IMG/VR virus record: IMGVR_UViG_3300032053_000003
Coordinates: 94,392-158,391 of that record
Reading direction: 5' to 3' (one strand)
Origin: a virus
DNA: 64,000 nt
The stretch's first letter is position 1. Every line of letters starts with the position of its first letter. A program made the translations under genes and the position numbers. This document shows positions 53,501 through 63,272 of this stretch, in pieces. The notes beneath the pieces were generated by a model, which saw only the letters and a list, made by a program, of their open reading frames with translations, made no database searches and was not told the origin of the DNA.

Positions 53501-54474
53501 TTACACTTAAAAATATAACCACTGGCTCGGTAGCAGTTAATGGTTACAACCTTAATGTGGGTTATCAACCAAGACTGTTTTTTGATGGTGATGAGACAAG
53601 TTCTACCTACGGTCAAATCACTATGTTATTTCTAGTTAATGGTAAAATCTTTAAACGTGATTGGATGATAACCAATTATACTCCTGGTACAGCTCCAGCA
53701 ATTGCTCCTCAGCTTCTTGATGGTGCTATAGATGTTACTCGTACTCTCCCAAATAAGATTGACATAATGGATGAGGCTCAGAGACCTTTTAAGCCAACCT
53801 CTGTATCCATATACCCTGGTTCTATTTGTAATGAGTTTGGTCAATTAAACCCTGGTGATTTTGATTATGTTGTAGAATTTACTGTACCAAGTAATCATAC
53901 CTATTTTGAGAACTCCAAAACGTATAAGATTTATATTCGTAATGGTATTTTTGATGCAGCTTATACTGATCCTTTGGCTGGTTATCTTCCAGCAACTGAT
54001 CTTGGTTGTGATATTACCAATACTCAAGAATCAAAACTAGCTCCATGGTTGCCTGATATGGTCAATGAATTTGTAGAGACTACACCAGTACATGCTACAT
54101 TTAAGCCTGGTATTAAGATGGTTGTGAGTCGGCAAACTTTTGGAGAGCTTCAATCACTAATGGGTTGTGTGACCTCTGATGGTGCTGCTCCTTATTGGAC
54201 TATCTCTACCATGCTCTATAAAAAATCGATCTATGCACCTGAGGAAAATTATTTTGGAGTAATGGGCTGTGTAGTTCCTTATGGTTGTGCTCCTTATTGG
54301 ACTATCTCTACCATGCTTTACAAGAAGTCTATTTATGCACCTGAAGAGAGTTTTGGGGCAATGGGAGATAGGTCAATTGAAGGTATTGAAGGTACCTCAG
54401 AATGGTCTAACAGTGATTTCTATGGTGGTCAATACTGGCTAACCTATAATTATTACTCAGAGAGGGTAAGATAA
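50524..54474 (+). CDS. giant fibre protein (1316 aa) with a LamG/concanavalin-A-like lectin domain and a C-terminal 34-aa tandem repeat
   Basis: …LTLEFWIRPTNISYNRQNIIDK…TWYHIAIVRNYTTHSVRCYV…VEVRFWN… is typical of Laminin_G_3. Repeat APYWTISTMLYKKSIYAPEE x2. Confidence 0.55.
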   Translation: MAYIPPEGDNVVLDLTGTYSPPDGDTIVLDLQSNPFIADNLEVEWDTDLWDPAPTSVFLTTPRFRATFRDLSALSGIAATGVEIVVTDLSDLTIVWASGLMDFAAMDAAGHPILDPGVHYLYPDEICAVRYNHNGTAVSPGVLLRDAESYSIVFKYWVGVLPSATAVTSFTMASAIAAIDPEMTITYVIGSELDPPPGHMIDGTWSAVSPLANVRPMKPWFRAKYYSSIAAVSGAPDEYLVTGVWVQVRYAAPPYNVVWDSGVLDFTDWDNPPYDKPILPDHGHVLRSGETCEIVYQHDAVSGLMSLPRDGNSYTWRMLFFCKHEGIYSEWSPDFEFSQFEETWEATSLLCEGLTNPIGVTDLNPEFDATFLASYTEFYTPKIISYQLQVSDVVNFATVRWDTGEIFEAHTPDPYASLLTIEYPLTDLRRTGLTLYWRVKLKIDTEWLPFGMELDWFAVQNWTFFEEIWSASNIRTNGLTTPTALKDYYPEFTAQFNNNYAPARATDVQFQVINTVPSEYYIRCANYDSTDIVTIGNVAPLRIIGDLTLEFWIRPTNISYNRQNIIDKCYGGEYTLTLETNGSLNYFHGTSGSEAAPYIARLWNLGLVNGTWYHIAIVRNYTTHSVRCYVATGHGTHVDWGEGAGAAWINPVVSTGLVRLGRGYTGFSYNGDLVEVRFWNTVRTIAQLNTYYRLRLLGSETGLVGYYKLEETTGNAIDSSLSECHGIVTGVSRLLSTLLFINPLGSSTVKWDSGWIELTPHLEPGQSCPTVYYPQPYPDDDEGFYYDQTQFIIQARYKLITEYEDITSYAVDHFTMGKANVSALYPRVDYVHGTLRVRGPFPGFDAQYDSDAYNALYPVEDPREYVTFVHIQVSTSSTVWTSLVWETTGDGYWAELDPHFLSIPLTYSDMKRMGNGEPPYLLAYDTVYYWRIQFKNERGVEGDWSEVMQFTYVGTVLSVVSDTDIINCFYRNEIDDLEEWEMYAETISGSIFFTLKNITTGSVAVNGYNLNVGYQPRLFFDGDETSSTYGQITMLFLVNGKIFKRDWMITNYTPGTAPAIAPQLLDGAIDVTRTLPNKIDIMDEAQRPFKPTSVSIYPGSICNEFGQLNPGDFDYVVEFTVPSNHTYFENSKTYKIYIRNGIFDAAYTDPLAGYLPATDLGCDITNTQESKLAPWLPDMVNEFVETTPVHATFKPGIKMVVSRQTFGELQSLMGCVTSDGAAPYWTISTMLYKKSIYAPEENYFGVMGCVVPYGCAPYWTISTMLYKKSIYAPEESFGAMGDRSIEGIEGTSEWSNSDFYGGQYWLTYNYYSERVR

Positions 54475-57400
54475 TGAATATTGAAGGATTTGTTGAAATA
54501 GAAGCTAGAGACTCTATAACAGGTGAGTTAAAAGACTCTAGGAGTAGACATAATCTTATATTTGATAGCCTTAGGATGATCCTGTTTTTTAATCATTATG
54601 CTGCTGGTAGCTATCCTAGAATTTTACTTGAAAACGTGTACCTTTATCTTTCTGAAACTGCTGGGCCTATAACTCAATCATTTTCTCCTGTGCAATATGC
54701 TCAACAAGGACCTTATTCTGGTACCTATACATACCCAATTGACAGAAGACAAGTATTGATCACTTATCCTACGATTGTAATATCTGCTACCTCTCCAACA
54801 AGAACATTAAGATGTGTGGGTTTAAGAGATGCAAGTTATTACTCTGCATGCCCAATAGATCCTCCTATTATTCATGATTCTGCTACAACTTTATATATAC
54901 ATTATTATGTAAGAATCACCCTTTCTGCTGATGATAATCTGTTTGGGTATGAAACACTGATTAGAGATCCATATGCTGCAAAATATTACTATGGAGGAGG
55001 TTATGTTGGTTATAGTGATGGGTACTCCTACACTGTTGCTATGCCTAATTATAAGAAACATTTCTATGTTTCACCTTTGAACAGAAGATTGATCCCTGCT
55101 GATGGCTCTGCTGGTGGTGGAGGAAGCTATTTCTTGTTCTCTGCTGCGGTTCTATCCTCTACAGATGACTCAAGCAATTATGTAATGAAGGGGTATGTGG
55201 CTATCCCTCAATGGTGGGCAGGTCCTTATGGAGGTTCTTACGAATGTGGAAGAAATAGTGGACTAGGTGCTGGTTGTATTTATGATCCCCATATTAGTAG
55301 GGTATTTGCTCATAAAGCTTCAGTATCCACTAAAATATTTTATGATTCTACAGAAGCTGATGTCCCAGAATCAGAAGGTACACTGAGTACTGATGTGACA
55401 GGGTGTGTTTATCAGCCTAACCCCCTGGTATTAGACCCTCCTTATAACCCTGATGGGTTGAAGTATCCATCGGTTTTCCGAATGCTTTTTACTGCCACAG
55501 GAGATGTGACCACTGCAACATATAATATTCAAGAGTATGTAATGCCAGAGACTAATTATTTTCCATATCCTGGAGGATGTCTCGATTCATTAAATTACTA
55601 TAATTATAATTACAGTATACAAGTTACTCTTAAGCACATGTATGTCTCTAAGAATAGGGAGTGGGGAACTTATTGTTCTACTGCATGTAGTCCTGGTTAT
55701 GGTCTTCAATTACAAGATAAACCATATGTGTTTGTTATCAATAATGGTCTTAGTAGACCTTATTTGGGTTTTAATTTTTACCCTCCTGCTTACATTCATT
55801 ATTGTATCGATAATTATGGTTATTTATACCATACAAGATCTACTGGTGTTACCACTTTAGTTCACTCTGTAGATATGAACAGTCTGGAGCCTACACCTCC
55901 TTTTGCATTGGAATTTGATTTATCAGTGGTGTGCTCTGGTCATGGTATCACTAATATTACAGGTCTTACTTTTGATGATGATAATGATTGGTTGTGGGTA
56001 GCTACCAATGTTGGATTTGTAAAGGTCGATTATGCAGCTTCTGGTGGAACTACATATACCTTCTATAACCATGATACTGTTAATTTTGGTTTATATATGT
56101 CGGTAGTTGCTCAATGTACTATTTATGATCCATGGAATGGTAGGTTTCAAGCTGAGGGTGGGACACTGACTTGGGTACAGAGTAATGATCCTAGTATTGT
56201 ATGGCACTGGACTGGTGGAGTTGCTGATGCGAGGAGTATTGATGTACCTAATTATAGCGGTTCAATAGGAATTTCAAACCTATTTGTTGATTTAACCCTT
56301 GCACTTAGTGCTGGTGATCTTGGTGTTATAGGTGTTGTAAGGAATGGTGTCCCTGCTGATGGGTTTACTATTTCTGGAGGTACCACTCCAGCAAGTGGTC
56401 CAGCTTATCCAGCTTTTATAAGAATTCCGTCATTAATAAGTAGTCCAAGTACTCTTGTTGTTACCAATCAGAGCACACGTAATATAGCTAGTGGCTATGG
56501 TTATAGCTGTGCAATGGAATTAGGCCAATTCTGGTATATGGTGTCCAGTAATGGAGGTACTGCTTATAAAGGCCGTATTGATATTGTGGGGGCAACAGGG
56601 GTGCCCTTTACTGATTATTATATGGTTCCTTATATGATATACAATCAGACTGTTTCAGGATCTACCATATGGAGTGGTAACTCCATGTTTGCATCACCAA
56701 ATAGATCCTTTGTAGAGGGTGTATGTACTATTATGGGTACTACTGGGAGTAATGCTTACTGGACTCAGATAGTGCTGTATGTGGATAATGGACCTATTTA
56801 TTGGGGTTGGGATGGGGCTAACTGGGTAAAAAGTCTTGCTAATCAACCTTCAAAAACAACTCATTTTGCAATGGAACCTATTCCTCGTGGTGTACTGGTT
56901 GGATTCAATGACGGTGGATTAGGTGATTCTTATAGGTTATATGATTATTACTCTTTTGGTGTTAATCCTAAAGGGATATATATTGATAATCTTCAAACAA
57001 GCATAGTGGATATTGCTATGTATGGGTACCATGCAGAGGTAGTTACCAGGAATATAACAGTACCTGTTGGGAGTATTTATTCTATTCCTGAGCAATCATC
57101 CACTGTAACTGAAAGTAAAACTGTTATGAGAGGTTGGACTGCTGCAGGGTCAGATTATGTTCATGATGCCATTACTAGTGTGTCCTCTGTTGTACAAGGG
57201 GGTACTACTTATATTGCTGGAGTTGATTATAACCTGGTCAGCAGTGCTTGTATAGACTGGCTTGGAGTAGCAGAACCTGCTGCAGGTACCTCTTATACTG
57301 TCAACTATACATTCAATAACTTCATAAATATGGTTGCCTGGATGTGTGACTCTCACCCCAAAGTTAAATTCCTTGATTATTCTGGTGATCCTTTAGGTAC

Positions 57401-57713
57401 AGTAATCAGTGTATGTCCTACTTGGGTAACAGGAAAAACATATTCAGCAGGACAATATGTTACATTGAGTGGTTACAATTATTTTTGTATTCTATCAAAT
57501 GCTTCTATTCAACCTGGTGTTACCGCAGGGTGGGCTACTTACTGGACTCAGACAAGCCTGACAGTAGGTCAGGTGGTTGGAGGCCCTCCTGATGGTCATG
57601 ATATAACCAAAGAGGTCAGATACGATTATGCAGGTACTATAACCTTCTATCCTGGTCATGAAGGTGAGACAGTAGAAGTACGTTATGCTTGGTTGTCAAG
57701 GACTGTAGTGTAA
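54474..57713 (+). CDS. giant tail fibre/spike protein (1079 aa)
   Basis: TAATG overlap with the previous gene. N-terminal domain paralogous to the 57713 protein. Contains one VDY..IDW..AEP..G.SYTVNYTF repeat. Confidence 0.55.
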   Translation: MNIEGFVEIEARDSITGELKDSRSRHNLIFDSLRMILFFNHYAAGSYPRILLENVYLYLSETAGPITQSFSPVQYAQQGPYSGTYTYPIDRRQVLITYPTIVISATSPTRTLRCVGLRDASYYSACPIDPPIIHDSATTLYIHYYVRITLSADDNLFGYETLIRDPYAAKYYYGGGYVGYSDGYSYTVAMPNYKKHFYVSPLNRRLIPADGSAGGGGSYFLFSAAVLSSTDDSSNYVMKGYVAIPQWWAGPYGGSYECGRNSGLGAGCIYDPHISRVFAHKASVSTKIFYDSTEADVPESEGTLSTDVTGCVYQPNPLVLDPPYNPDGLKYPSVFRMLFTATGDVTTATYNIQEYVMPETNYFPYPGGCLDSLNYYNYNYSIQVTLKHMYVSKNREWGTYCSTACSPGYGLQLQDKPYVFVINNGLSRPYLGFNFYPPAYIHYCIDNYGYLYHTRSTGVTTLVHSVDMNSLEPTPPFALEFDLSVVCSGHGITNITGLTFDDDNDWLWVATNVGFVKVDYAASGGTTYTFYNHDTVNFGLYMSVVAQCTIYDPWNGRFQAEGGTLTWVQSNDPSIVWHWTGGVADARSIDVPNYSGSIGISNLFVDLTLALSAGDLGVIGVVRNGVPADGFTISGGTTPASGPAYPAFIRIPSLISSPSTLVVTNQSTRNIASGYGYSCAMELGQFWYMVSSNGGTAYKGRIDIVGATGVPFTDYYMVPYMIYNQTVSGSTIWSGNSMFASPNRSFVEGVCTIMGTTGSNAYWTQIVLYVDNGPIYWGWDGANWVKSLANQPSKTTHFAMEPIPRGVLVGFNDGGLGDSYRLYDYYSFGVNPKGIYIDNLQTSIVDIAMYGYHAEVVTRNITVPVGSIYSIPEQSSTVTESKTVMRGWTAAGSDYVHDAITSVSSVVQGGTTYIAGVDYNLVSSACIDWLGVAEPAAGTSYTVNYTFNNFINMVAWMCDSHPKVKFLDYSGDPLGTVISVCPTWVTGKTYSAGQYVTLSGYNYFCILSNASIQPGVTAGWATYWTQTSLTVGQVVGGPPDGHDITKEVRYDYAGTITFYPGHEGETVEVRYAWLSRTVV

Positions 57714-60697
57714 TGAAAGTAATAGGTCTGGTTGAAGTACATGCTCATGATGAACATGGCAATTTACTTGCTGTGAGCAGGGGTCGTAACATCATGTTTG
57801 ATAATGCAAGGGTTGCCATGTTGTTGAATCCTTGCATTGCAGATAGTACATCTGATTTTATTATGTACTTCTCTGAGTTTAAGGAGAGGCTGATAGAAAC
57901 ATTTTATTATTGGGATTCTTCCTTGATGACTTATTATTTAACATCCACCATCACAGTGACCTCTGAGGATCTTACCCCTTATACCAAGATGTATCAGTTT
58001 GTAAGCCAATCTCTCCTTCCTGGAGGGGCTGCTAAGGTATTAAGGGTTGTGGGACTGAGAAGTGTATCCATGGGCATCTATGCCTCTGCTGTGACAATGG
58101 ATATACCTGTAAACCATGGGGTCTCTACTTATATTACTGGTTATTATAAATTCATTATGGGGTTTAATGAAGAGAGTGAGCTTTATGATAATGTGTACAA
58201 TTGGACTGGTCGTACTTGGTCTATTGTAGGATCTTATAATTATAAGAAGGGATTTTATGTACAGGATAACTCTTCATTTGATCTAGTAAGTAGTGCAACA
58301 ATAGCTTCTTTGATAGCTCGTACTCAGAGTGCTTATGATACCATGGCTGTAAATACTGGGTTAAACTCAGTAAATTTATTTGGTGCTAAAGAAAAAGATG
58401 GGAATACGTCTGTTGCTTTGTTAGTGAATAATGTAATTGGAAAGAATCCTGCCACCAGATCCAGGACCTTCTTACATCCTGCAACATCAACAAGCTTATA
58501 TGCTAATCTGGCAGATGCAATACCTACATCGGAGGGAAGCATAAGGATAGATGGTATAGATGAATTTGATTACAATACTGCTGTTTGTATTAATATAACA
58601 AAGTCTGGGGATATAGGTACCTCTGAATACGATGTAACTTTGCTACCAATTGCACATACTCTTAGTTCCAGAGGTATTGCTATTGCAAGAAGACAGGTCA
58701 ACTTCTTTTATCTTTCTGGGAGTGGCAATACTACTTATTACCAGTACTATATTTACTTTTCAGAAAATAGAGAATGGGCTGTTCATTATAGTCCCTCTGG
58801 TGTTTTTAGCATTTGGTATAAAGGACTTTATAGAACCTACCCTGTAGGAACCCCTGTTTGGTATCCTGGTGTAATCAGCAATGAAGGTGTGTTCTTTTAT
58901 GTTAAGACAGCCTCTAATACTACTCTGAGAAGATATGATAATGAGAAAATTTACGAAAAAGGGTATGTAGAGGAGACTCAGGTTCTTCCTGTTCCCCAGA
59001 TCCGTGCGTACCAGGTAGATGATACTGACTCCAAAGTAATTACCCTTTCTTATACTACCCCAACAACAATAGTTACCAATGGTACTTTTGATAGTAATGT
59101 TAGTGGCTGGAGCATGGATAACCCCTCTTATTGTTATACTACTTGGGTTAGTGGGGCCATGAGGGTTGATTGTAATTATTACCCTGCTGTTCATACCTAT
59201 GGAGTTTGGCAGGATCTGACTACTGTTATTGGGAGGAGGTATTACCTCAGTATAACAGCAACAGCTTGCACTGCTGGAGCATACGGTTGTTATATTCAGA
59301 TAAATGGAGCTACTGTACTCACTTTCAATGCACTCGGTACCTTAACTTACTCCTGGGTAGCAACCTCCACCACCACAAGGCTCAAAATCCTTCCTTTCTA
59401 TTCGGTTACTTATTATTGGACTTTTGATAATATATCAGTAATCCATACTGAAGGTACAAACGGTACCATAGCCAAGGTTAATATCGATGACATGACCTCT
59501 TACACCACTTACAATAGAACTCATCCTAATTTTTCAGCTCTTACTGCTGATTCCATGATTTTTGCAACAGCCAATGATAGATGGTATTGGAAGGTGGATA
59601 AGGGTAAGATGGTGTGGTTAGGCACCTACTCTGCTGCTAAGAAGCTTCATTATTGGGATGGCACTAATACAGTATCTACTTTTGATGAGACTATATCAGG
59701 CACTATTTATGATGTGTGTGTTACTGATGACTTTAAGAAGATTTGCTATGTAGTCCAGAATACTGGCACCCCAACTTATTGTACTTGGGTTGTAAGAAGC
59801 CTTGAAGATGGGACAAGATGGAATTTGCTTTACAGTGTGGCTAGGACCATTCCTGTTAATACTGGCTACTATGGTACTTACACATACCCAGGATGTTTTG
59901 TTTCAGGTAATTACATGTATCAGCTCAGTGCTTCTGCCAGCTGGGGTTATAGGACTGATCTTGTTACTTATACAGATATTTCATATCCAACTTATGCAGG
60001 GGCCTCTGATCTTGAGTCAAGTATTACTCATTTGAGAACTATACCTCTGCCCAATAGATCGGTGATTTCTGGAACACTCATGTATGGTTTTAATAGTACA
60101 GGATATAAGTGGCCTGGGTATCCAAATTACACCTGGCTCTTTCTTGATATGACACCTCTCAATTTTGGATGGAATGGATCTGCATGGGTTCCTAATCATA
60201 CTGGTAATAAGATAACTCATAGGGATGCCCAGGCTCTGCCTTTGTATGGTTCAGTAGCCTTTGGGAAGGAACCTCCTGATGATCCATCTACTGAGGATTA
60301 TATCATAGGGGAGTACTTTACCTTCTCTGTAAATCCTAGTGGTTATGTGTTTGACAATTCCATGGCCTACACATCCACTCCGTGGGTGTATGCAGGAGTT
60401 CCTCAATATGTTGAAGGGGAGGTTCTTAATCTATATTGGCCTAATCCTTCTTTGGAAGAAAACATAGAGAGAGTCTTGGAAAAGGTGGAACATCCTGATT
60501 GGCTCTGTGTAGAGATTGCTAATATTGAGGTTGTCTTTGATGATGCTGTGACAGGTAGACAGGTAAGCTCTATCTCTTACCTGTCCTATTATGGTGAGTA
60601 TCATATAAATGCTGCAACAGGTAAGATGACTTTCTATAAGAGTTGCAATGGTCACAGTGTTACTGTAAATTACTACTGGATTAGAAGAGATGTATAG
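57713..60697 (+). CDS. giant tail fibre/spike protein (994 aa) with a CBM4_9-like carbohydrate-binding module
   Basis: TAATG overlap with the previous gene. The N-terminus (MKVIGLVEVHAHDEHGNLLAVSRGRN…) is paralogous to 54474. CBM-like region …NGTFDSNVSGWSMDN…. Confidence 0.55.
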   Translation: MKVIGLVEVHAHDEHGNLLAVSRGRNIMFDNARVAMLLNPCIADSTSDFIMYFSEFKERLIETFYYWDSSLMTYYLTSTITVTSEDLTPYTKMYQFVSQSLLPGGAAKVLRVVGLRSVSMGIYASAVTMDIPVNHGVSTYITGYYKFIMGFNEESELYDNVYNWTGRTWSIVGSYNYKKGFYVQDNSSFDLVSSATIASLIARTQSAYDTMAVNTGLNSVNLFGAKEKDGNTSVALLVNNVIGKNPATRSRTFLHPATSTSLYANLADAIPTSEGSIRIDGIDEFDYNTAVCINITKSGDIGTSEYDVTLLPIAHTLSSRGIAIARRQVNFFYLSGSGNTTYYQYYIYFSENREWAVHYSPSGVFSIWYKGLYRTYPVGTPVWYPGVISNEGVFFYVKTASNTTLRRYDNEKIYEKGYVEETQVLPVPQIRAYQVDDTDSKVITLSYTTPTTIVTNGTFDSNVSGWSMDNPSYCYTTWVSGAMRVDCNYYPAVHTYGVWQDLTTVIGRRYYLSITATACTAGAYGCYIQINGATVLTFNALGTLTYSWVATSTTTRLKILPFYSVTYYWTFDNISVIHTEGTNGTIAKVNIDDMTSYTTYNRTHPNFSALTADSMIFATANDRWYWKVDKGKMVWLGTYSAAKKLHYWDGTNTVSTFDETISGTIYDVCVTDDFKKICYVVQNTGTPTYCTWVVRSLEDGTRWNLLYSVARTIPVNTGYYGTYTYPGCFVSGNYMYQLSASASWGYRTDLVTYTDISYPTYAGASDLESSITHLRTIPLPNRSVISGTLMYGFNSTGYKWPGYPNYTWLFLDMTPLNFGWNGSAWVPNHTGNKITHRDAQALPLYGSVAFGKEPPDDPSTEDYIIGEYFTFSVNPSGYVFDNSMAYTSTPWVYAGVPQYVEGEVLNLYWPNPSLEENIERVLEKVEHPDWLCVEIANIEVVFDDAVTGRQVSSISYLSYYGEYHINAATGKMTFYKSCNGHSVTVNYYWIRRDV

Positions 60698-60718
60698 GGA
60701 TTTATGGAGACATAAGTA

Positions 60719-61840
60719 ATGCAATTACATGAGGCTACTAAAAATAAACTTTCTCAATGTGATAGAATTGTTTATCTACATGTAGACCATTTTGAACCTT
60801 CCAGTACAAGTAATTTTGAAAAAGTGGATCTCATACTTAAACGTATGATTTCAGATATAAAGATGGGATTCTTTAGGCCGAGTCTCTTTTTTAAAATTAC
60901 TGCTGGTATGAAGTGGAAGGACAATGCACCTCTCTTCAGTCCTACAAGTCAACATAATATGGTCATGTCTCATGTTAAAACACTAGCACATTTAGGGTAT
61001 GATATTCATTTACATATTCATCATGAACGATGGACCCGCTCAGAGCTTACCAATCATGACTGGAAAGAGACCTTTAAGAAAGAGTCCATTACAGACAGTG
61101 AGCTTTTTGAGCTTTTTGTTAAAGGGTCAATGGAGGAGTTCAGAAAGTATGGACTACCCATAAGGGACTGGGGATTTGTACATGGACGTTGGGCCTTGAA
61201 TGCTTCTGATCCTCTGTCCTGTAACATCACTGATGAGATAGAGATCCTAAGAAGGAATGGTTGTGTGGCTGATTTTACTATGCCAGCAGGTAGATCTCAG
61301 TGTACCCCCTCTATGAAGGGTATATTTGTAATCAAACCACAGGATAAACCTAAGTGTTATAATACAGGTGGTATGATTGATAGAGGGACTCATTTGTTGG
61401 ATGATCCAAATGCTTTTATTATTTGTTATCCATCTTCAAATTATATGTATGTCTCTCTTGATAATCTTATACTAAGAGTTGGAACAAGGTCAGATACCCT
61501 TTTTCGTAGTCTTATTGCTAAAGATAATAGTTGGGCACCTGAAGATCCTAAGGTGATTATTCAGGAGTGGATACTATGCTCACATATCTTAGATCGTACC
61601 CTTGTAATTAAGACCCATTCACATAATATGAGACTTTCATTTTGGGATGATAAAACAACTGGAAGTTTAATCAATAACTCCCCTATTTTTAGCTCCAGGC
61701 AAAAAGAACGTATGTATTTATTACAGGAGATCTGTAAGGACAATAATTTGGAAGATCTAAAGCAGGTTACGGCAAGAGAGCTTATAAAATTTGTAAGATG
61801 GGTCGATGGTGGGAAGGAGTCAAGGAATTATGCCTGGTAA
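60719..61840 (+). CDS. His-rich putative metal-dependent enzyme (373 aa)
   Basis: GGAGAC SD. Motifs HVDHFEP, HLHIHHERW, FVHGRWALN. Confidence 0.45.
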   Translation: MQLHEATKNKLSQCDRIVYLHVDHFEPSSTSNFEKVDLILKRMISDIKMGFFRPSLFFKITAGMKWKDNAPLFSPTSQHNMVMSHVKTLAHLGYDIHLHIHHERWTRSELTNHDWKETFKKESITDSELFELFVKGSMEEFRKYGLPIRDWGFVHGRWALNASDPLSCNITDEIEILRRNGCVADFTMPAGRSQCTPSMKGIFVIKPQDKPKCYNTGGMIDRGTHLLDDPNAFIICYPSSNYMYVSLDNLILRVGTRSDTLFRSLIAKDNSWAPEDPKVIIQEWILCSHILDRTLVIKTHSHNMRLSFWDDKTTGSLINNSPIFSSRQKERMYLLQEICKDNNLEDLKQVTARELIKFVRWVDGGKESRNYAW

Positions 61841-62627
61841 AGTATTTGGAAATACTGTCAGGGATTACTGCCCTGTGTGTGATGGTAAGAATATTACCAA
61901 TGTCTGGAAGATACCTATGACCAAGATAGATACACCCTTGATGATTAATGGGGCTAAGTTCTCTCGTGTACCTTTATTGAACTCTGAGATTGTATACCAC
62001 TTCAGTGAGTGTAAAGATTGTGAATCTGTCTTTCTTAGTCCATATTCAGGTAACTATTGGGATGATCGTATAGTTACTCACCATGCAGAAAAGGCAAGGA
62101 AGAGGTCTGAATGGAGTAGCTATGAAGAACGTATTGGGGACCTTCAATCATTTCTGAGTAAGGGTATGGATATAGTAGTAGATGTAGCCTCTGGTGGAGG
62201 ACAGTGTTTAACCATATTGAAGGAGAGGGGTTACTCAATTTCTAGGATGATAGGTTTAGACATCATGCAACCCAGTGTTGATTATATTAAGTCATTGGGT
62301 TTTGAAGGATACCGTCATGATGTCTGTATGTCCATGAGCATGATAGATGATAACAGTGTTGACCTGATGATGTTCTATGAGGCATTTGAGCATGTTCGTA
62401 CACCTTATCTGGCTATTAAGAATATTTCACATAAGATGAAGGTAGGAGGGCTACTGGCTTTAACATCACAGAGCATAGAGGGAGGTCTTCCTGTAAGACC
62501 TGAGGAGTCAATATATACTAACTACTCAGGATTGGAAAAGTTGCTAAATAATAATAATTTGGAGGTGGTAACAAAAAAGAACACCAGTGGTAGGTGGAGA
62601 GTAATAGCGAGGAAAAAAATGGACTAA
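61830..62627 (+). CDS. SAM-dependent methyltransferase with an N-terminal zinc-ribbon (C-methyltransferase-like architecture)
   Basis: CPVCDG…CKDCES zinc ribbon. Motif I VVDVASGGGQ. ATG 61830 follows an AAGGAG SD. The track's 61806 start is also possible. Confidence 0.6.
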   Translation: MPGKVFGNTVRDYCPVCDGKNITNVWKIPMTKIDTPLMINGAKFSRVPLLNSEIVYHFSECKDCESVFLSPYSGNYWDDRIVTHHAEKARKRSEWSSYEERIGDLQSFLSKGMDIVVDVASGGGQCLTILKERGYSISRMIGLDIMQPSVDYIKSLGFEGYRHDVCMSMSMIDDNSVDLMMFYEAFEHVRTPYLAIKNISHKMKVGGLLALTSQSIEGGLPVRPEESIYTNYSGLEKLLNNNNLEVVTKKNTSGRWRVIARKKMD

Positions 62628-62667
62628 ATGTGTGGAGAGGTTAATAAATAATTTAGAGAGGTAAGGG

Positions 62668-63270
62668 ATGGATAGTATACTAAGTCTTAATTGGAACAAC
62701 CCAAAAGCTCCAAATAAGTTTCGTGACAACATTACTAAGTTTTGGTCTGCTGATAAGGTTGTCAACTTTGAAAAATTCATAGACCGTAAAAGATACCAGC
62801 AATCTATAATGTCAGTTATTCAAAGATTCTTACCTGAGATTAAAAATGGTGGGCATAGTATTCTTGATATGTCTTGTGGTTCAGGGATGTTCTTAGAGCT
62901 TTCTAGAGCTTATGATAATGAGATATTAGGATCTAATGAACCTATTCCATGTGTTTATGCACCTCTTTTGAAGAGTCAAAAAATTCCTTTTGTATTAGTG
63001 GATGGTAATATTTTACCTTATCCATTTGAAGATAGGTCATTTGATATTGTAACTCTTATGAATGCTATCTGGTTTTTTCCAGAGGATTTATGGGTGCCAA
63101 TTGTTATTGAACTATTTCGTATCTCTCGTAAAACAGTCTTTATAATTACTTCTACAGAAGATAAATATGCAAAAGGTAGCGAGAAAATAGATAAAATAAT
63201 CTTACCTCATGGGTGGGAAAAAACTGATACCAGTCATATTAATTATATCAGGTGGGAGTATAGGGGATAG
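62668..63270 (+). CDS. SAM-dependent methyltransferase
   Basis: Motif I ILDMSCGSGMF. Rossmann-fold spacing. Confidence 0.5.
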   Translation: MDSILSLNWNNPKAPNKFRDNITKFWSADKVVNFEKFIDRKRYQQSIMSVIQRFLPEIKNGGHSILDMSCGSGMFLELSRAYDNEILGSNEPIPCVYAPLLKSQKIPFVLVDGNILPYPFEDRSFDIVTLMNAIWFFPEDLWVPIVIELFRISRKTVFIITSTEDKYAKGSEKIDKIILPHGWEKTDTSHINYIRWEYRG

Positions 63271-63272
63271 AT

